This document shows positions 12,645-25,704 of a stretch of DNA of 64,000 bases, piece by piece. A model generated the notes under the pieces. The model had not been told where the DNA came from, made no database searches, and saw only the letters and a list, made by a program, of their open reading frames with translations. The translations under genes were made by a program, and so were the position numbers. Positions within the stretch are counted from its first letter, which is position 1. Each line of letters begins with the position of its first letter. Source of the stretch: Lama guanicoe (Eukaryota). Where the stretch lies: positions 719,168-783,167 of the forward strand of contig MU053482.1 in the NCBI GenBank assembly GCA_013239625.1. The letters are read 5' to 3'.

Positions 12645-13628
12645 CTACCCAACTCTGCTAGCTTTCCCAGGCTTAGCATCCTGGGGCTGGTACAGGTGCA
12701 GAGTTCGATGTAAGGCTCTCTTTACCTCTTGGTTGCGCAAGCAGTAAATGATGGGATTGAGCAGTGGTACAATGACAGCATAGAGTACAGACACCAGCTT
12801 GTTGGTGTCAAAAGCTGAGAGTGCTTTTGGGCGGGCGTAGATGAAGATACTGGCTGCATAAAAGATGACCACGACAGTGAGGTGAGAGGCACAGGTGGAA
12901 AAGGCTTTATGGCGCCCAGCAGCCGAGGGAATGCGCATCACAGCACCAGTGATGGCCACGTAGGAGGCTCCAGTGACAGAGAGGGGCCCCAGCAGGATGA
13001 AAATGGCCAAGACAAAGTCTGTAAGCTCTGCTATGGACATGTCAGTGCATGAAAGGTTGAGCAAAGGGGAGACATCACAGAAAAAGTGATTGATGATGTT
13101 GGGGCCACAGTAAGAGAGGCGAGAAATGAGAAAAACCTTGACCATGGAGATGCCAAAACCACCAGCCCAGGAGCCAGCTGCCAGCTGCACACACAGCCGG
13201 CTACTGACAATGACAGGGTAGTGGAGAGGGTGGCAGATGGCCACATAGCGGTCGTAAGCCATGACTGCCAGCAGGACACACTCTGTGCAGCCCAGCCCTA
13301 GGAAAAAGTAAAGCTGCGTCATGCAGCCCTCAAAGGAGATCCGCTGTCCGTGGCCCTGTTTGGGCCCAACAAAGCCAGCTAGCATCTTGGGAATAGTGAC
13401 CGTAACATACCAAATCTCCAGGAAGGCCATGTTAGCCAGAAAGAAGTACATGGGTTTGTGGAGGGTGGGGTGGTTCCTGATTGCCGTAACGATGAGTATG
13501 TTCTCAGTCAGCACCAACACGTAGGCCAGGAGAGAGAGGGCAAACAGTAGTGCCCGCAGAGGCACGGGAGCTGGGAAGCCCAGCAGCACAAACTCACTCA
13601 CGCTCCCACTCTGGTTCTTCCTCTCCAT
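12645..13628 (-). CDS. OR6A2: Olfactory receptor 6A2 (I7/Olfr2 orthologue), 327 aa, intact
   Basis: True ATG at 13628 (MERKNQSG); the ORF-track start at 13649 is a GTG. It has the distinctive I7 ECL1 insertion ([12 protein letters not shown]), [32 protein letters not shown] and [24 protein letters not shown]. Confidence 0.95.
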   Translation of the reverse strand: MERKNQSGSVSEFVLLGFPAPVPLRALLFALSLLAYVLVLTENILIVTAIRNHPTLHKPMYFFLANMAFLEIWYVTVTIPKMLAGFVGPKQGHGQRISFEGCMTQLYFFLGLGCTECVLLAVMAYDRYVAICHPLHYPVIVSSRLCVQLAAGSWAGGFGISMVKVFLISRLSYCGPNIINHFFCDVSPLLNLSCTDMSIAELTDFVLAIFILLGPLSVTGASYVAITGAVMRIPSAAGRHKAFSTCASHLTVVVIFYAASIFIYARPKALSAFDTNKLVSVLYAVIVPLLNPIIYCLRNQEVKRALHRTLHLYQPQDAKPGKASRVG

Positions 13629-13989
13629 GGGGTCGGCCTTGTCCGCCACTCTTCAGGGGAGGGCAGAGCGCCTTCAGGAGGCGGCAGCAAGAACGCAGCC
13701 TTTCTCTGGCTGGGTTTCTGTTGCTAGAAGGCAGTGTGTTCCGCGGACAAATCACCACTGAGCCGAGACCGCTGTTCTCTGTGATCTGCAAATAAGACAG
13801 AAGTGGACAGAAATCAGCTACTCTATATTGGGATCGGATAGGAGTTATTCTGGCTCCGGGAGAAGCAAGTATGGATAAGCACCAGGTAAAAATGGCACTA
13901 GCCCGTCCTTGAAGAACATAGGCCAAAACCAAAAATATTAAGAATGTGGGTCCGCCGTGAGGTGAAAATGTGTGTGCCGGATCATGACT

Positions 13990-14213
13990 CTTTTTTTTTT
14001 CAATTTAATATGAGTTTATTTTTTTATTGAAGCATAGTCAATCTACAATGCTGTGCTAATTTCAGGTGATATATATATTATTCATCCATAAAAAGAAATC
14101 CTGCCATTTGTGACAACATGGATGGATCTTGAGGACATTATGCTAGTGAAATAAGCCAGAGAAAGACAAATACTGTCTATCTCAGTTACCTATGGAATCT
14201 GAAAACGTCAGAC
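13990..14213. mobile_element. L1 fragment with two parts in opposite orientation
   Basis: 13990-14068 is a minus-strand L1 3' terminus (poly-T, ttattgaagcatagtcaatctacaatg). ~14075-14213 is a plus-strand ORF2-end sequence (gccatttgtgacaacatggatggatcttgaggacattatgcta). Confidence 0.6.
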
Positions 14214-16906
14214 CTGCTAATGATTTTGTACTTGAGTTTCTCTTCTCTTTCTGCTCTGCAATCAGTCCTGGAGCACTGATCAGTACTTAAGCCCTTGGCA
14301 TTTCTCTCAATACTAGAGTACTTTCATGTAACTACAGAATGCCCATACGTTTCCCATCACCTCCATCCTTACTATCCACATCCACCATTTATTTCAAAAG
14401 TATTGCTGGATCAAATATGTTCCAGCCCACAGGCTAAGTAAGAGTTGTGGGGCAGAAAAAGGTAATCTTCCTCTTCTCATCCCTGAGAGCTTAAGCTGCG
14501 AGGCCTATGCTTACACCACATACTAGCTCATAAATGGGAACCTCTAAATTACAATTGTCATTCATAATCTAAGCTTTGATTCTTTGTCCTCAATACTCGC
14601 CTCATATGCCGTTTATTGTGCCTTTGATCCTTTTGGCCCCAGACCTTCCTGCTCATCCATTAATCTCTGCGTTCACCTGTGATGCTCTGCACACTTAGAG
14701 AAAAAAAAAAGATTAGCCCCTTAATTGGTCTCACTGCCTGTAGTCTCTCTCCTAAAGCTCAAATCTGACCATCTCACTCCCCTGTTTAACCTTCCGTAGT
14801 ACTGCATTGTCTACACAATAATGTTCAAGCTATTTAACAAGGCGTAGAAGTCCTTGGTGACCTGCTGCTGCTGTCATCAAAACCTTATCCCTTGTCACAG
14901 CCCGCATTGTATTTTGTGCCCTCCAACTCTTGGCATACAGCATGAGTATCACCTAATTCCTGCTTAACCTTCCAGTCTTGCCGCATGTGGCATCTTCTTG
15001 TAGAAACACTAGTTGTCCTTTCTTTCTTTCCTTGTCTCCGGTTGGATAAGGACCCTCTCACCCCTGATCCCACTAGACCCCAGGAACGCCTAGCCATCAT
15101 TTTTCTAGCTGTATCACTGCTGGTATTGCTCAGGTAGATGGAAGAGGAACTGTATGCCGAGGTGGCCCCATGTGTCCTTAATGGTATAGCAGAGAGTGGG
15201 TACGGTTCCCGTGATGTCATCTCAAGTACAGCATGTCTAGAAAAAATTTTCCCAAGCCTCCTACTCCTCTATCAGAATGAAATCAGTTTCTCTGCGGTCA
15301 CCTATACCAGAGATCGGGAAGTTTCCTATATCTTCTGCACCTATCCTCCCACCCCAGCCCCACATCCCATCCACAACTAACTCAAGTTTTACCTAAGCTT
15401 CCACTTTATCTCTCATATTTGTCCCATTTTTCCTGTCCTATTTCTAGTGCCTTCCCCCTGGTCCCTTATACCACTCAGGTCTTTCATAGTTCTTGATTTA
15501 AGTATTTCAATAGCCTATTGGCTGGCCTGTCTTCCTCCAGCCCTAACTTTCATCAGTCTAACCTCCTCGTGTTTCTCGAGTGAAAATTTTATATAGAACT
15601 CTAACTCCAAGGGCATCTGATTTGGCGAAACACATACAAAACTGCTCAGTAATACATCAAAATGTATTTTCTTTTAACTGTCCTGCAACCATCCAGTCAT
15701 TGCCCACTATTTTCCTTTTTCTAAACATGCTGATAGAAAACATCCTTTTTCCAAACATGATGCTAGAGGACTTCTCTAACTCTGTGATTTGCACATACTC
15801 TTCATTCTGTCAAAAATGCCCACCTTTGCTGTTAGGAATTCTTATTTATCTTTCACTTTTTAGTTTGTTAGTTATCACCCTCCAAAGCTATCCATATTTC
15901 TACAGACATAGATCATTTACTGGTATTTCTGTCTGTCCTTTTGACAAAAGTTCTTATTATAGGGTCTGCTTTAGTAGCTGAATAATAAAGGTGTTGTAAT
16001 GGCTGTAGGGATGCACGCATGGGAGGGAGATTGGAGAAAGGCACGATACGGGCAGAACAGCTGAACTGCAGATGGTAGGAATGGAGTATAAAGAAGGCAA
16101 CATGTGAAAAGGAGTTGGGTGGAAATGATCAAGAGAGGAACTTGAATGACCAGAAAATTTGACAGAGTTGAAATAATATGGAAGGATATCAGACATCAAA
16201 TGTCAAAGAGTAGATCCATGAGGACCAGATAAAATGTGAGGAGGTTAGATTAAGTGTAGAGATTGGACCTTCCGTGGAGAAAATGGATGATATTTGGGTA
16301 AAATAAATTTGCTATACAGACAAGAGATCCCAAGAGGGAAGATTAGGCCGAGATAACTATAATGAGGAAAGGACAGACTAGGAGTGGAAGATCGCAAAGA
16401 CTGTAGGACGGCTAGGCAGAGAATGAATAAACACAGACCAGCGATGAGCGGAAGAGATGAAGGAAGTCATATTGGTCTGAGTATCAGGATGGACCAGATG
16501 TGAAAAATGCTGATAGATCTTTGATCTTTATTAGGAGTAAGAGGGGAAAAGGAAGTGAGTGTCTTGGACAGAAAGAAAACATGGGAGACTTGACCTCCTG
16601 AAGACGAATGAAGCAGATAACAGAGTCCACTTACTTTATTCAGCTGTCTTTGACTCAGGGTCCTCCTGAGATGACCAACTGGTTAGGGAAAGACTTTAAG
16701 GAGTGTATATAAAAGAAAATTGAAGCATCAGGACCAAGAAATTTGCTGCAAAGGCTCCATCTTCTCTTCCTCCCACGATCAGAGAACACTGACAACCAGG
16801 AGAGTTTCTTTTATCTTGCACTTCCCTCCTCCTTCTGATGTTTTGGGATGACTCTAAAGCCAGAGCCCAAGAGACCAGAAGAGTTACGAAAAAAAAGTAG
16901 ACTGGG

Positions 16907-17063
16907 GAATATGAAAAGGGATGTATGTATGTATGTATGTATAAGCATGACTGGGACATTGTGCTGTACACCAGAAATTGACACATTGTAACTGACTGAA
17001 CTTATAATATTAATAATAATAATAGTAGTAGTAGTAGTAATAATAATAATAATAATAGTAATA
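16907..17063 (+). mobile_element. L1 3' end with a compound (AAT)n(AGT)n(AAT)n microsatellite tail
   Basis: gactgggacattgtgctgtacaccagaaattgacacattgtaactgact, followed by trinucleotide repeats at ~17004-17063. Flanked by agactggg on both sides. Confidence 0.75.
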
Positions 17064-17649
17064 AAAGACTGGGAGGATGTCACAATACCCCACAACCTCA
17101 TAGTTTCTCCCCTTGCCTTCTCCTTCCTTTGCAGATTCCACTTCTTTTTATCATGCAACATTCCTGCTCCAAGGAAAAAGTTTGGCTTTAGGCCAGGCAA
17201 ATCTGGGTTTATATCCTAGCTCAATTATGTCATCTTGAGTGGTTTACATAGTTTTTTGGGCCTTAGATTCCTAACCTATAAAATGGGATTAATATAGCTC
17301 ACAAAGTTGTTGAGAAGAGTAAACGTTATGATACATTGAGGGCACCTGGAGCATGGTAGAGTCTCAACAACGCTGCACTGTTCCTTCCTTTACCTCCTGA
17401 ACCCATATGGGTAGCGTCCCTTAATTCCACAATGTCGTAGAAGAAGCACTGAGTTGAGAGAGTTTCTGGGTTTTAGTTCCATATTTGTAATTGATATTTC
17501 ACTTAATCTAGGCTTTTGTTATATATCAGCTTATTTTCCATAAAATGATAATGACATATATTACAGATGTTTTGAGGAACAAAGTTTGTGAAAAGGTTTG
17601 GCACAATCTCAGGCCCCAGTAAGCAGTGTAAGTAGAGGTTAATCATGGC

Positions 17650-17850
17650 TCCCCCATCTTGCTGCTTATGTCCAATTATGTGACTTGGAAAAATGATTTA
17701 ACTTCTCTGTGCCTCTGTTTTCTTATCTGTAAAATGGGAATAATGCTAATACCCATCTCACAGAATTATGAAGATTAAAGAAATACATGGATGAAAGTTT
17801 CTTAGAATGGCACCTGGAACACAGTTTTTCTCAATAAATGTTAGCTAGTG
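17650..17850 (+). mobile_element. MIR SINE remnant
   Basis: tgtgacttgg...ttaacttctctgtgcctctgttttcttatctgtaaaatgggaataat...ctcaataaatgttagct is the MIR core and 3' end. Confidence 0.7.
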
Positions 17851-17867
17851 TTCAACAAATACTTGTT

Positions 17868-18088
17868 CAAAATTTGTAGTTACTGACAGGCATATGCAGA
17901 ATAGATAAACAAGATTATACTGTATAGCCCAGGGAAATATATACAAGCTCTTGTGGTAGCTCACAGCGAAAAAAAATGTGACAGTGAATATATGTATGTT
18001 CATGTATAACCGAAAAATTGTGCTCTACACTGGAATTTGACACAACATTGTAAAATGACTATAACTCAATAAAAAATGTTAAAAAAAG
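17868..18088 (+). mobile_element. Young lineage-specific L1 3' end
   Basis: Same 3'UTR family as 31974-32877. 11-bp TSD AAATACTTGTT at 17857-17867 and 18089-18099. Confidence 0.85.
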
Positions 18089-19256
18089 AAATACTTGTTA
18101 AATCTGAGTCTGTTGAGAATGGAGAGGGGTTATTAGTGGGGATATTGGAGATGTAAGAGAAAGATCTTTGTGATTCTGAGTTTAAGAGATTCTTTTAAGT
18201 AATTGGGAGGAAACAATTCTCAAAATTTGAATAATCAGAACAAAATGAATATGATTGGGGGCTTATCATGGTCTGGATCAGTGTGCTGTCCATAAGCCCC
18301 ACCGACCCCCTGATAGGGACAAAACTCAGTTCTCCAGGAATGGAAAAAATACTGTGGAAACCATGGGGAAGCAGCCAGGGCATAAGAAAATGATGCAGCA
18401 GTGAGGAGGGGTAGAACATAAAAGAATATCTATAAATGCTCTTAAAATAAAAATCTAATTTTGAATAAAAGTATACACCACAGACATTGTAGTAAACCCT
18501 ATTGTGAATGAAGGAAAGTATGTATGTACATAAGTATTACTGACATTCTACTCTGTTAGTTGAAAACTATCAGATTCAGCAGCAGATTGAATTAGCATTG
18601 ATTTGGTTGATACATTCCTATTGTTTAAATGATGAGTGTTTGCAAACGTTTAGATTTATTGAAATTAATGTGAGTTTATCTTTGATTATTGTCAGCCAAC
18701 AGACCATATCAATAGGCTGAATAAAACAAGCCATAATCATTTCAATATATATATACTGTTAAATGTACTCAATAAACTTAAAACCCATGAGGACAGAGGG
18801 GATTCATCCTTAAGACAAAAAAATACAGGTTTAAATTTCTTTATCCAAAACAAATGTAGCACTTGGATTTTTCAGGTTTTGGGAAAGTAATATGCTGTTT
18901 ACACTATCTGTTTCCGATCACCTCAGAGAGTTTTGAAGCAGTGTCCTATAATCAACACGTTAGTAGCTCTACAGCAAAATATATGACTATACAATGTGGA
19001 ATAAAGACTATAAATAAATAGTTCATACTGATTTTTTCATCCAGTGTGTTAAGACCCCTAACCTAGGAAAAAAATTCTCGGTTTCCAAAGCTGCTTAGAT
19101 TTTGCAACTGCAGACAAGGGCTTATGGTGTCCATGTCTATTTGTAACCAAATGCATATACCAAATGGGAAAATACTAGATATATTCTTATCAAAACAGAA
19201 AACAGGGAAAATATTCTTTATCCCTATTATTTCATGTTGCTTTGACAGTTTTTAAA

Positions 19257-20670
19257 AAAATTTTATTTTCTTTTATTGAAGTGTATTTGATTAACAATGT
19301 TAGATTCAGGTGTGCAGCAAAGCAATTCAGTTATACTTGTACATACCTGTATATACTTTTTGTTTTCAGATTCTTTTCATTTATATGTTATTACAAGAAA
19401 TTGAATGTAGTTCCCTGTGCTATATAGTAGGTCCTTGTTGTTTATCTATTTTATACATAGTCATGTGTATCTGTTAATCCCAAACTCCTGATTTATCCCT
19501 CCCCCACCCTTTCCCATTTGGTAACCATAGTTTGTTTTCTATGTCTGTGAGTATGTTTCTGGTTTGTAAATAGAATTTGAATCATTTTTTAAAAATTCCA
19601 CATATAAGTGATATCATATGATATTTACCTTTCTCTGTCTGACTTTCTTAACCTAGTATAATAATCTCTAGGTCTGTCCATGTTGCTGCAAATGGCATTA
19701 TTTCATTCTTTTTTGTGGCTGAGTAATATTCATTTATATAAATATAAAATCTGACATCTTCTTTATCCAGTCATCTGTCAGTGGACATTTAGGTTGCTTC
19801 CATGTCTTGGCTATTATAAATAGTGCTGCTGTGAACATTGGGGTGCATGTGTCTTTTTGAATTAAAATTTTCTCGGATATATGCCCAGGAGTAGAATTGT
19901 TGGAGTATGTGATAAGTCTATTTTTAGTATTTTAAGGAACCTCCATACTGTCCTCCATAGTGGCTGCACCAGTTTAATTTATATTCCCACCAACAATGTA
20001 GGAGGATTCCTTTTTCTCCATGCCCTCCCCAGCATTTATTATTTGTAGGTTTTTTAATAATGGCCATTCTGACTGGTATGAGGTGATACCTCATTGTAGC
20101 TTTGATTTGCATTTCTCTAATATTAGCAATATTGAGCATGTTCTCATATGCCTTTTGGCTGTCTGCATGTCTTTTGAGAAATGTCTATTTAGGTCTTCTG
20201 CCCGTTTTTTGTTTGGGTTGTTTGTTTTTCTGGAATTAGGGTCTTTGAGCTGTTTGTATATTTTGGAAATTAATCCTTTGTTGGTTGTGTCATTTGCAAA
20301 TGTTTTCTCCCATTCTGTAGGTTGTCTTTTTGTTTTGTTTATGATTTCCTTTGCTGTGCAAAAGCTTTTAAGATTAATTAGGTCCCATTTGTTTATCTTT
20401 GCTTTTATTTTCATTACTCTAGGAGCTGGTTCGAAAATAATTTGCTGCAATTTATGTCAAAGAGTATTCTGCCTATGTTCTCCTCTAGGAGTTTTAGAGT
20501 ATCCAGTCTTACATTTAGGTCTTTAATCCATTTTGAATTTATCATTGTATATGGTGTTAGAGAAACCTCTGATTTCATTCTTTTACATGCAGCTGACCAG
20601 TTTTCCCAGCACCACTTATTGAAGAGACTGTGTTTTCTCCATTGTATATTCTTGTCTCCTTTGTCATAGA
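19257..20670 (-). mobile_element. 5'-truncated L1 (ORF2 C-terminus and 3'UTR), frameshifted
   Basis: Minus-strand ORFs 19924-20139, 20091-20450 and 20414-20758 give L1 ORF2 peptides ([42 protein letters not shown]). Confidence 0.9.
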
Positions 20671-21749
20671 TTCTTTGGCAGTTTTTGTTAATACAATAGA
20701 ACCTGAAAAAAGTGAATAATAAATATTGAAAAGATAGCTGCAAAAATATTATTTGCATATATGATTATACTTAAGAAAAATAAGTGTACTAAACTAAAAA
20801 CTATTAAATAGTTAAGAGAAATAGTACAGAAAGAGTTCATGTACACTTTGCCCAGTTTCCCACATGGTAAGCTGTTGTAAAACTATGGTACAGTATCACA
20901 GACAGGGTATCCACATGGTAATAGGCAGGATACAGAATATCTTCACCACAAGGGTCTCCTGGTGCCCTTTTGCAGGAAGACCCATTTCTCCCCTGCGTTA
21001 ATTCTTTCTTAAGCCCTGGTAACTGCTGTCTGTTCTCCGTTTCTATTATTTGTCATTTCAGAAATGCTATGTAAATGGATTCATACATTATGTAATCATT
21101 TGAAATGGGCTTTATCCACTTAGCATAATTCTCTGGAGATTTTCATCCAGGTTGTGTGTGTATCAATTTGTTGTTGTTGCCACTGAGTAGTGCTACATTT
21201 AATGGGTGGGCTTCAGTTTGTTTAAACATGCACCAGTTGAAGGCAATTTGTGTTGTTTCGAGTTCATGCGATTATGAATAAAGCTGCTATAAATATTTGT
21301 GTATAGTTTTCATGTGCCAAAAAAAAATCTTGCTCTTATTTTGAGATGAATTGCATTAAACGTGTGTCTCAGTTTGGGGAGAAATGACATCATTACTATC
21401 TTCAACATTCCAGTCCATGAGCACAGTATGTTCCTCCTTTCATTTAGAGCTTCATTCATTTCCTTCATCAGCATTCTGTATTTGTTTTCAGCATACAAGT
21501 CTTGTAAATGTGTTTTTAGATTTATACCACCTAAATACTTCTAAATATTGTGTTATTAGTTTCAGTGTCTTTGTGTTCATTGCAACTGCATAGAAATACA
21601 CTTGAGTTTTTGTATGTCTGTTTTGTATCCTGTGATCTTTCTGAACCCACTTTTAGTTCTATGCTTTTTTGTTGATTCTGATTTCTGAGTCCTGATTCTC
21701 CAGCAGGGATCTTCTGACACAAGGATACCAATAAGAGAGGGGGTACCTT

Positions 21750-21963
21750 ATTTGTAAATGATAGCCACCATGTATAAAAATAGACAGAACACAAATTTCT
21801 TCTGTACAGCACAGAGAACTATATTCAGTATCTTGTAATAACCTTTAATGAAAAAGAATATGAAAACAAATATATGTGTATATATATGCATGTCTAGGAT
21901 ATTATGCTGTACACTAGAAATTGACACATTGTAACTGACTATACTTCAATTTAAAAAAAAAAA
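21750..21963 (+). mobile_element. L1 3' end
   Basis: ttctgtacagcacagagaactatattcagtatc...attgtaactgactatacttcaatttaaaaaaa. It is inserted among older L1 fragments (~20820-21680, minus strand). Confidence 0.75.
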
Positions 21964-22479
21964 ATGAGAGAGGGGCTCCTTATTACTGCTCAATGGGTGT
22001 GGAACTCTAGGCTCTCCTCTGACACCTGGTGGCAGTGGGGATGAAATTCCTGACTCCTACCCAGCCTGGTGAGGATGGAAGTCTAGACTCCTCAGACTTG
22101 GCTACTATGGATAGGAATAGGACCACAGTTTTTCCTGTTGTGTTTGGATGAAGTAGAGCGGTTATTGTCTAAAACATTTCTGTCTCACTAGGTTTCCCAT
22201 TTCTTGGTCGATTGACTAGAGAGAGCACATTTTGGTTGGGGCTTTTTTGTTTGTACCTGTTAGATTTCCAGATTTCTAGCTTTTACAATATCAGGCCTAG
22301 GATATGTGAAGCTGAAAACAAACCCAGGGAACACACTACCTTTTCATTTCTTGGTCTACAATGTTCCTAGCTAGTCAGCCTTCTTTTCTCCACCTTTCAG
22401 AGACTTACGTTTGTTTTGTATATAATGCCCAGGGTTTTTAGTTGTATTTAGTGGACAGAATCAGTAAAAATAGACAACT

Positions 22480-23510
22480 AACTTATACAGCAGAAATAAT
22501 AATAATGTGTTATAAAATTTATGGATAATATATGAATAAAATGTATGACAGCAATAGCACAAAAGAAAGAGAGGAAATGGAAGTTTACTTGTTTAAAATG
22601 TTACATCATACATGGACAGTTATATTGTTAGAGGATAGATTGCTGCATGTTAAGGATGCATATGGTAAACCCTAGAGCAAATACATAAACAAAGAAACAA
22701 TTTATTGGCATAGCTAAAATTCTAAGACAGAAGAAATAATACTCAGTCTAAAAGAAGGAAGAGCAAGATGGCAGACACTCACAAACATATCAAAATTAAT
22801 TGTAAGTTTAGTCTATTTTAACAGAAATTTTATACTGACAGATGTTCACAAAAATAAGCAATAACTTGAATGTAATCAGGGAATCATTATATAGTGATCT
22901 GTAAGTCCACAAAATTTACCTTGTGGGTTACTGACGATACATGAATAGTATTACAGCACAATGCCTATCATGACAAAAATATTTGTAGATTATAATTAGC
23001 AATTAAATATTCCCAATATTTAGACTAAATATTTAACAAAAGTAGACTAAATATTCCTATTAAAAGGTAGAGATTTTCACTCTGAACTAAAAAGCATGAC
23101 CCAAATATATGCTGTCAACAAGAGATGCTTTCTAAATATAAAGACACAAATAGGCTATAAGAAAAGAATGGAAAATTGGTAAGAAAAGCAAACACTAATC
23201 ATTAAAACAATGAAAGCAGCTAAGTTAATAGACTGTGTCAAGAATTTGCAGGAAAATAAATACTATCAAAGGAAAAAGAAAGTAATTTTCTACAATTAAA
23301 GAAATAAATTAATCACATTGACATAACAACTCTAAATTTAAATGCATCTAATATCAGAGCTTCAAAATACATGAAACCAAAATGACAGAATTTAAAAGAT
23401 AAATGGGCAAGTCTACAATCATAGTAAGAGCTTTTACTGCTCCTCTCTCAGTAATTGTTATAATAGCTGGACAAAAATTCAATAAGAATGTAAAAGATTC
23501 GAATATAATG
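22480..23510 (+). mobile_element. Ancient L1M inter-ORF/ORF2 endonuclease remnant
   Basis: A-rich, degenerate ORF2 start (gacccaaatatatgctgtcaacaagagatgc; agagcttcaaaatacatgaaaccaaaatgacagaa). No intact frame. Confidence 0.6.
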
Positions 23511-23682
23511 TGCTTTTTTTCTGGCCTATACAAAGATGAGTGAGTATACTAAAATAAAAAATCAACAACTCTGTTAGTATTACTTGACCAGCCAAATTTA
23601 GATTTAATGTTATAGTTCATATTATTTTCCTTTTGTTTAAGAATGGAATTGCTGAGTTCCCAATTTTAGTCTACAAGTTTCC

Positions 23683-23985
23683 TTTTTTTTTTATTAAAGT
23701 ATAGTCAGTTTACAATGTTGTGTCAATTTCTGGTGTACAGCATAATGTTTCAATCATACACATATATGCATATATTCCTTTTCATATTCTATTTCACTAT
23801 AGGTTACTACAAGATAATGAATATAGTTCCCTGTACTATAGAGTAGGTCTTCGTTGTTTATCTATTTTATATATAGTAATTGGTATCTATAAATTTGGAA
23901 CTCCCAATTTATCCCTTTCCAACCCCTTCCCCTTCTGGTAACCATAAGTTTGTTTTCTATGTCTGTGAGTCTGTTGCTGTTTAAT
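23683..23985 (-). mobile_element. L1 3' end
   Basis: Poly-T followed by agtatagtcagtttacaatgttgtgtcaatttctggtgtacagc...ggtaaccataagtttgttttctatgtctgtgagtc. Confidence 0.8.
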
Positions 23986-24194
23986 CAACAAGTATTTTTA
24001 ATATGATAGGCATCATATTATAATACTTCCATTCATTTATCATCAGTAATCCACAGAGTAAATGTTGTAGACATAAGGATCACTATATAATGATTCCCTA
24101 ATTACACAAAAGTTTTTGCTTATTTCTGTGAAATTGTGTCAATATGAGTCAACTTTTGTTAAAATTTTTGACTTGCTGCATACATATTATTTTA

Positions 24195-24305
24195 TTTTTT
24201 AATTTTTTAAACATTTTTTATTGAGTAATAGTCATTTTACAATGTTGTGTCAAATTCCAGTGTAGAGCACAATTTTTCAGTTATACATAAACATACATTT
24301 ATTCA
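24195..24305 (-). mobile_element. Short young L1 3' end
   Basis: Perfect 18-bp TSD TGCATACATATTATTTTA at 24177-24194 and 24306-24323. Confidence 0.85.
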
Positions 24306-24829
24306 TGCATACATATTATTTTAAAGTGTTATAACTTCAAAAATAAAATACTGAGAGATTAAATTTATTTCCATTATTTCCAAGAAATAAATTTTAGAAA
24401 AGTATCAGTACTTGAAAAAATTTAAATCTTTACAGGAGAAAATATTGGCTTATCAAATATATTTTTAGAGAAAATAGATGGAATGTTAAAAAAAAAAAAG
24501 AAAAAGATGATGAAGCTACCAGTTTCAACAGAAGGTAGCACAGATATAGTACTGATGTAACAACATTTTCTACCTCTCAGTAAAACCAAATTGAAGAAGA
24601 ATTTCAGTAACAACAATAACAGTGAAACAAAGTCAAAATCTGTTACAGATGAATGTGCTTTTTGCCAATCCAGCTACATGGCTGTATTATCTGAATATTA
24701 GATAATAGGACATTTGTTGAAAAGTACCCATTTCAGTTAAGAAATTTTAACCTTCCAGAAGATAATGCAGAGAGTGGGACATGTTGTATTACAGTTTACA
24801 GTTCTTTTCTCTATAGAACAATTATATAT

Positions 24830-25231
24830 CCCTGCACTGCTGGGCTCTAACTTGACCACATGACTTACTATACCTCTCCTCTGTGCAAGAATTTTCCATC
24901 TCTTTTGGCTAGATTAAGATTTGGCCATGTGACTTCCTTTGGTCCATGAAATATGGATAGAAGTGTGTGCTCTTTCAGTGCTGAAGCTTTAACAGCCATT
25001 CTGTGGTTTGCCACCTCTGCACTCTTCCTCAGCCCTGAGGCAGTGTTCCATATAAAGGATGCTCCATTTGCCTGGGTCTTCCTGTGAAGAAAACATGGAG
25101 AAACACTGCACTAAAGCCACACTGAAAAATGCTGCATAAGTAAAATATAAACCATTGTTGACGAAAGCCACTGAGATTTTGCTGGATGAAGTACACCACA
25201 ATCTATACTATCTCTGCTATCCTGACTTACA
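24830..25231 (+). mobile_element. MaLR (MLT1-like) LTR remnant; second copy at ~27009-27410
   Basis: ggccatgtgacttcctttggtccatgaaatatg...gaagctttaacagcc...aagccactgagatttt...cctgacttaca resembles the MLT1I/J consensus (from recall). Confidence 0.6.
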
Positions 25232-25250
25232 GCTGGATGTGGGATATTTG

Positions 25251-25704
25251 TGTAGACAAAAAAAAAGTCGCCTGACATTTCAATAAAGAATGGATGTTGC
25301 CCACCATCAAGCCATCAGTCACTGCAGCCCCCTGATGGTTCCCCCTGAGGGAAATTCAGGAGCAAGAAACACAGGACACTGGCCCTAGTTGGTTAAGATG
25401 CACATCAAAGGAATAAGTTCAATGAGCTCAGGCTCTTGCATCTTCCCATACATAGAAAAGCGCTAAAATCATTAACTTGAGATGTCTATTTTTGTGATTA
25501 GCAGTAATCTTTTGATGTTCATTCAACTACATAGTTTTCTTTTGCTTTCAGCAAAACCGCCTATTATCCTGGCTCCCCTCTGGCCTCTTTGGAACTGTTC
25601 CTCCGAGCTATCTGAAAGGCTGCATCTGGGCTAGAGTTCTCAGTAAGGTCACTGAATAAAACATAATCTTAACTTTTAGGTTGTGCATTTTTTTTCAGTT
25701 GACA
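25251..25704 (+). mobile_element. Solo ERV LTR
   Basis: Imperfect inverted termini TGTAGAC...GTTGACA and AATAAA near the 3' end. Homologous to 29831-30280. No clear TSD. Confidence 0.7.

Noticed and set aside
13629..13649. 7-aa N-terminal extension of OR6A2 in the ORF track (MADKADP)
   Set aside because: It begins at GTG, immediately after a likely splice acceptor. The ATG at 13628 gives the canonical 327 aa.
14700..18400. Scattered TAATTG/TAATGG and CCC..GG motifs as the OR6A2 promoter
   Set aside because: No tight HD + O/E pair stood out above chance, so the promoter cannot be placed from sequence alone.
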